Source: Paraspadella gotoi (taxonomy: Eukaryota; Animalia; Chaetognatha). Taken from it: a stretch of 64,000 bases of DNA. The stretch lies in contig CM119266.1 of the NCBI GenBank assembly GCA_051294375.1, forward strand, positions 2,217,760 through 2,281,759, read 5' to 3'. A program made the position numbers and the translations under genes. The notes beneath the pieces were generated by a model that was given only the letters and a program-made list of their open reading frames with translations, was not told where the DNA came from and ran no database searches. The number at the start of each line of letters is the position of its first letter. Position 1 is the stretch's first letter. Shown here in pieces: positions 58,730 through 64,000 of the stretch.

Positions 58730-60180
58730 ATTAGGAAAGAGAAAGGGAATAGAGCGGGAGGGAGGGACAGAGGGGGGAGGGGGGAGGAGGAGGGGGTAGA
58801 GAGAGGGCGGAAGAGGAGTGAGGAGGGAGGAGAGAGAGCGCAGGAGAGTCGGGGGGAGGGAGAGAGTGAGGGAGAGAGGAGAGGGAGAGAGGCGGAGAGA
58901 GGGAGAGGGCGGGAGGCAGAGGGAGATCTGGGGAAGAGAGGAGGAGTGAGAGAGAGGCAGCGAGAGAGGGAGAGAGAGGGGAGAGAGGGGAGTGAGGGAG
59001 AAGGAGGAGGAGGGAGAGAGAGGAGGAGAGAGGGAGAAGAGAGGAGGAGGGAGAGAGGAGGAGGAAGAGAGGGAGAGAGAAGCCGGAGGATGGGGGGAGT
59101 GAAGGGAGAGAGAGGAAGGAGAGAGATAGAAGGGAGGAGGAGGGAGATGAGAGAGGGAGAGGGGGGGGTGAGGGAGAGAGAGACGAGAGAGGAGGAGGCG
59201 AGGAGAGAGAGGGAAGGATGAGGGGATGGTGAGGGAGACGAGAGAGAGAGGGGAGAGGGAGGTGAGAGAGATGGAGGTAGGAGGGGGCGAGAGAAAGGGG
59301 AGGGAGGAGAGGGGAGTGGGGAAGGGGAGAAGAGAGGAGGAGAGAGGGAGAGAGGAGAGGAGGAGGGAGAGAGGGAGGAGAGAATAGAGGGAGGAGAGGG
59401 AGGAGGGGTGAGGGAGAGAGAGAGAGGAGGGGAGAGGGGGGAGAGAGAGGAGAGAAAGGGAGGAGAGGGAGAGGAATGAGGGAGGAGAGAGGAGGGGAGG
59501 AGAGGGGAGTGAGGGAGAGAGAGAGAGGGGAGGAGAGAGGGAGGGAGGGAGAGAGGGAGAGAGAGGGGAAGAGAGGGGGAGTGAGGGAGAGAGAGAGAGA
59601 GGAGGGGAGGAAGAGGGAGAGAAGAGGGGAAGAGAGGGGGTGAGGGAGAGAGAGAGGAGGGGAGGAGGGAGGGAGAGGAGAGAGGGGAGGAGAGGGTAGT
59701 GGCGGGAGAGAGAGAGAGGGGACGGGGGAGGGAGAGAGGAGGGGAGGAGAGGGGAGTGAGGGAGAGAGAGAGAGAGAGGAGGAGGGAGGGAGAGAGAGAG
59801 GGGAGGAGAGGGGAGTGAGGAGAGAGAGAGGGGAGGAGGGAGGACGAGAGAGAGGGGGAGGAGAGGGGGGGTGAGGGAGAGAGAGAGAGGGGAGGGAGGG
59901 AGAGAGAGAGAGGGAGGGGGAGGGAGAGGGGGGCAGCTGTGCGGGAGAGAGAGAGAGGGGAGAGGGAGGAGAGAGGAGGAGGAGAGGGGGAGGAGGAAGG
60001 AGAGAGAGAGAGGGGAGGAGCGGAGAAAGGAGAGAAGAGAGGAGAGAGAGGCGAGGAATTTGAGAGAGAAGAGAGCGGGCAAGGAGAGAGAGGAAGAGAG
60101 GGGGAGAGAGGGGGAGGAGTGGGGGAGAGAGATGAGGAGGAGGGAGAGAGATGAGAGAGAGGCGAGGACGAGAGGGAAAG
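58730..60180. repeat. 1.45-kb polypurine (G/A) low-complexity tract
   Basis: Almost only G and A with recurring GTGAGGGAGAGA; explains the 464- and 584-aa L/S/P ORFs. Confidence 0.9.
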
Positions 60181-60617
60181 GGTATAAAGTTGGAGATTAT
60201 GAGGGAATTGAAAACAGAAAAGTCATAAAGCAAAAGAAAAAGATTCAGATTGTTAGTTGTAGTGAGTAAAAATAAAATAAATATTTGGCTNNNNNNNNNN
60301 NNNNNNNNNNNNNNNNNNNNNNNNNNNNNNNNNNNNNNNNNNNNNNNNNNNNNNNNNNNNNNNNNNNNNNNNNNNNNNNNNNNNNNNNNNCTTCTTCCTC
60401 TTCTTCTCCCTCTTCTTCTTCCTCTTCTTCTTTTAATTCCTCTCTTTCTTCTCCTTCTCCGTCTCCTTCTTCGCCACGCCCACACGCCACTTCCGTCTTC
60501 GACTTCCGGTTTTGACGCTGAGACGCGAATCTCGACTCTGAGGCGTTTATTGCGTCGAGACGAAAGATGATGGAGGAAAATTGGGTCGACGACGACGACG
60601 ACGACGACGACTATGAC

Positions 60618-60656
<39 letters not shown>

Positions 60657-61606
60657 AAATGATGATGATGTTAATAATGGTAGTGAATATGTTGACGAAG
60701 ATAGGAGGATTATGAATTTATGATAAAGTTGGACGACATCACGAAATCGGCGACGACGTCCTTGAGGAAGAAACCATTTGAAAATTAAGCTTTAAATAAT
60801 AAACATTAAACTATTAATCGACTTAATTTTACATATTGTTTCCATACACATTTTTTTTTTTACTCCTCATGAGCGAATCTCATGGTGCAATCCACATGTC
60901 GCGATCCATTAACTCTCGCGATCAGAGTTTCGCCATTTTGCAGATGTGGACTTCATCAATCATCTGTTGAGGGCGACGACGACGAAGACGACGACGATGG
61001 AGGACGACGGACGACGAAGACGACGACGATGAAGACGATGAGGACGACGACGATGAAGGACGACGACACGAACGACGACGACGTATTGAAGACGACGAAG
61101 ACGGGACGACGACGAAGACGGACGACGATGAAGACGATGAAGACGACGGCGATGAAGACGATGAAGACGACGACGATGAAGACGACGACGATTTCCGGCG
61201 CTAAATCGACGGCATCTGTCGTCAGATGCCGTCGAGTCGCGCGTTTGCATCTGTCCCGAGTTTTCTGGCGCCGCATTTATGTCGTCGATGCTTCGAACGT
61301 CACCTTTCGATTTTATCGGGCGTCTGCATCTGACGACATCTGTCATTGACTTTTATTTTAATTTGATCTCAACCGTAATTTTAGAGATAATTCTTTGTGG
61401 CTTCTCTCATACTTCTATATTCTAAGATATACAATTATTATACATATTTATTATATGTATTATACATATTTAGTATTTATTCATATCTACGTATATATAT
61501 ATAACAAAGTTACAGTTTTCGGCTCAGATTCGTCGTTTATTTCGCATTAACGAAACTCGGTGCGTTTATGACATCTGGGTTTTCTCCAAATTAACAAAGT
61601 CGATGA

Positions 61607-61680
<74 letters not shown>

Positions 61681-62626
61681 GCATCATTTCGCGGGAAACT
61701 TCTCAATTAACTGTTGGATGTTTGTGTGACAGACCCGAAGGAACGAGGACAACGAAGAAAATAATCGTGATGATGATGATGATGATCATTAATGACGACT
61801 ATCACTGACTAGTGACTAGTAACAAATGTCTACTGACGAATGTTCGTAGAAACATTCGACTACTGGAGGTTCAAGCGGCAAAGCCAAAGGAGAAATGCCA
61901 CGGGAGAAATGGCAAAGGAGAAATGGCAAAGGAGAANNNNNNNNNNNNNNNNNNNNNNNNNNNNNNNNNNNNNNNNNNNNNNNNNNNNNNNNNNNNNNNN
62001 NNNNNNNNNNNNNNNNNNNNNNNNNNNNNNNNNNNNNNNNNNNNNNNNNNNNNNNNNNNNNNNNNNNNNNNNNNNNNNNNNNNNNNNNNNNNNNNNNNNN
62101 NNNNNNNNNNNNNNNNNNNNNNNNNNNNNNNNNNNNNNNNNNNNNNNNNNNNNNNNNNNNNNNNNNNNNNNNNNNNNNNNNNNNNNNNNNNNNNNNNNNN
62201 NNNNNNNNNNNNNNNNNNNNNNNNNNNNNNNNNNNNNNGGAAACGAAAAGACGCCTAAGTAAAATTTGAAAAAAACATTTGCATATTGAAAGTATAATCT
62301 GGATATTTTTCCGCAAATTCATGGTGTTCTGATTTCTCCCTCCGTTTCCCCAATTAACCCTTTTCCCCTTGCTCTCTCCTCTCCCTTCTTCCTCCTTTTC
62401 TTCCTCTCCCCTCTGCCTCGATCTCCTTCTCTCCTCTATCCCCCCCACCGGCCGGCGCGAAATGAAGGCAGGCATCGGCGCCGCTTATTAGCAATCAAGG
62501 GACGCTGACAATGTTTGAAATTGCTCCCGTTTATCAAGAAGCCGCCGCCGCCCGCCCGCCGCAGTCGCCGACGGAGCGCAGCCGGCGCCATCTCGTGAAC
62601 GCGTCCAATCGTCTCTACTCTCCTCT

Positions 62627-62698
<72 letters not shown>

Positions 62699-62755
62699 CA
62701 TCCCGCCAAACGGCTCGTTTGTTAAGCTCAGGTGATGAGTTGACTTTTCTCGCAC

Positions 62756-62809
<54 letters not shown>

Positions 62810-62888
62810 TCTCTCTCTCTTCTCTCTCTCTTAACACATTGTGACTCATTGTGAGCAAAGGACCGATTCCGCTAGTTTTAGAAAAATC

Positions 62889-62965
62889 TTTTTAGTCGAT
62901 CTGCTTACAAGCCGAATCCGACTTTATAAGTAATTAATGTCGGCGTCTGTTTCTGTCCGCCTCCA
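62889..62965 (+). mobile_element. 5' end of a HINE-like element
   Basis: TTTTTAGTCGATCTGCTTA..AATCCGACTTTATAA..GTCTGT resembles 17771-17825. Confidence 0.5.
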
Positions 62966-63637
62966 TTTAACAAACTCTGTTTTTCCATAGTTTCTCCATT
63001 ATTTACTATATTGAAATGTACAACCAAAATATAAAATTTATCCATTCATTTAATAAATAATATATAATATATATATATTATATTATATTAATCTCTCTCT
63101 NNNNNNNNNNNNNNNNNNNNNNNNNNNNNNNNNNNNNNNNNNNNNNNNNNNNNNNNNNNNNNNNNNNNNNNNNNNNNNNNNNNNNNNNNNNNNNNNNNNN
63201 NNNNNNNNNNNNNNNNNNNNNNNNNNNNNNNNNNNNNNNNNNNNNNNNNNNNNNNNNNNNNNNNNNNNNNNNNNNNNNNNNNNNNNNNNNNNNNNNNNNN
63301 NNNNNNNNNNNNNNNNNNNNNNNNNNNNNNNNNNNNNNNNNNNNNNNNNNNNNNNNNNNNNNNNNNNNNNNNNNNNNNNNNNNNNNNNNNNNNNNNNNNN
63401 NNNNNNNNNNNNNNNNNNNNNNNNNNNNNNNNNNNNNNNNNNNNNNNNNNNNNNNNNNNNNNNNNNNNNNNNNNNNNNNNNNNNNNNNNNNNNNNNNNNN
63501 NNNNNNNNNNNNNNNNNNNNNNNNNNNNNNNNNNNNNNNNNNNNNNNNNNNNNNNNNNNNNNNNNNNNNNNNNNNNNNNNAATAGAAGAATAGAGGGGAA
63601 AAGAGAATAAACCATAGAAATTAAAAGAAGAAAAGTA

Positions 63638-63775
63638 AAGACAAGACAAGACAAGACAAGACAAGACAAGACAAGACAAGACAAGACAAGACAAGACAAG
63701 ACAAGACAAGACAAGACAAGACAAGAAACTATAGAAATTAAAATAAGAAAAGAAAAGAAAAGAAAAGAAAAGAAA
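63638..63775. repeat. (GACAA)n and (GAAAA)n pentamer microsatellites
   Basis: Directly visible. Confidence 0.9.
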
Positions 63776-63873
63776 TATTTTTTTTTAGCGAAACCAGTTC
63801 ATTTTTGATCCAAAAAATTCGGAACAAAAAATGTACAGTGTACACATTGTACTCATTTAAACAATTATACTAT

Positions 63874-64000
63874 TGTGGTGGTAAATTCACACCGCCTCAC
63901 GTCGACGATCGTTCAGCTAATACCTTTGGCTCACAGGGGGAACCTACCATCCAAGAGGTTGTGTTCCATCCACAGTCCTAACGACTTCCCTCTACGTTGG
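63874..64000 (+). mobile_element. 5' part of solo-LTR-like element (subtype of 25815-26071), truncated by window end
   Basis: TGTGG start; TTCCATCCACAGTCCTAACGACTTCCCTCT is the exact reverse complement of ~25950-25979. Confidence 0.7.

Noticed and set aside
58688-60485. 464- and 584-aa ORFs
   Set aside because: Stop-free only because the tract is almost pure G/A and includes a gap.

Overview
Repeat-rich draft eukaryotic (invertebrate-metazoan-like) sequence with many N gaps, (AG)n/(GAC)n microsatellites and error-prone gap-filled stretches; most short ORFs in the track are microsatellite artefacts. Supported genes: (1) an intronless 788-aa Ser-rich/coiled-coil ORF (1458-3824, +); (2) a minus-strand gene of at least nine phase-compatible exons (28546-24207) that the ORF track misses; (3) an ankyrin-repeat plus IRE1/RNase L-type kinase gene rebuilt from five exons (43940-52136, +; 3' end not found); (4) a disrupted coiled-coil ORF (55451-56538). 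Mobile DNA: a full-length hAT (hATm-like) transposon with TAG..CTA ends and an 8-bp TSD, nested in a tRNA-derived SINE inside the kinase intron; a TA-flanked long-TIR element; Helentron-type (HINE) repeats; Penelope-type pseudo-LTR fragments with minimal hammerhead ribozymes; and a family of ~260-270-bp solo-LTR-like elements with a conserved hairpin, one inserted into a hammerhead loop. About 35030-43580 is an indel-riddled repeat of about 26630-35028, most likely an assembly artefact. All calls were made by eye; no searches were run.
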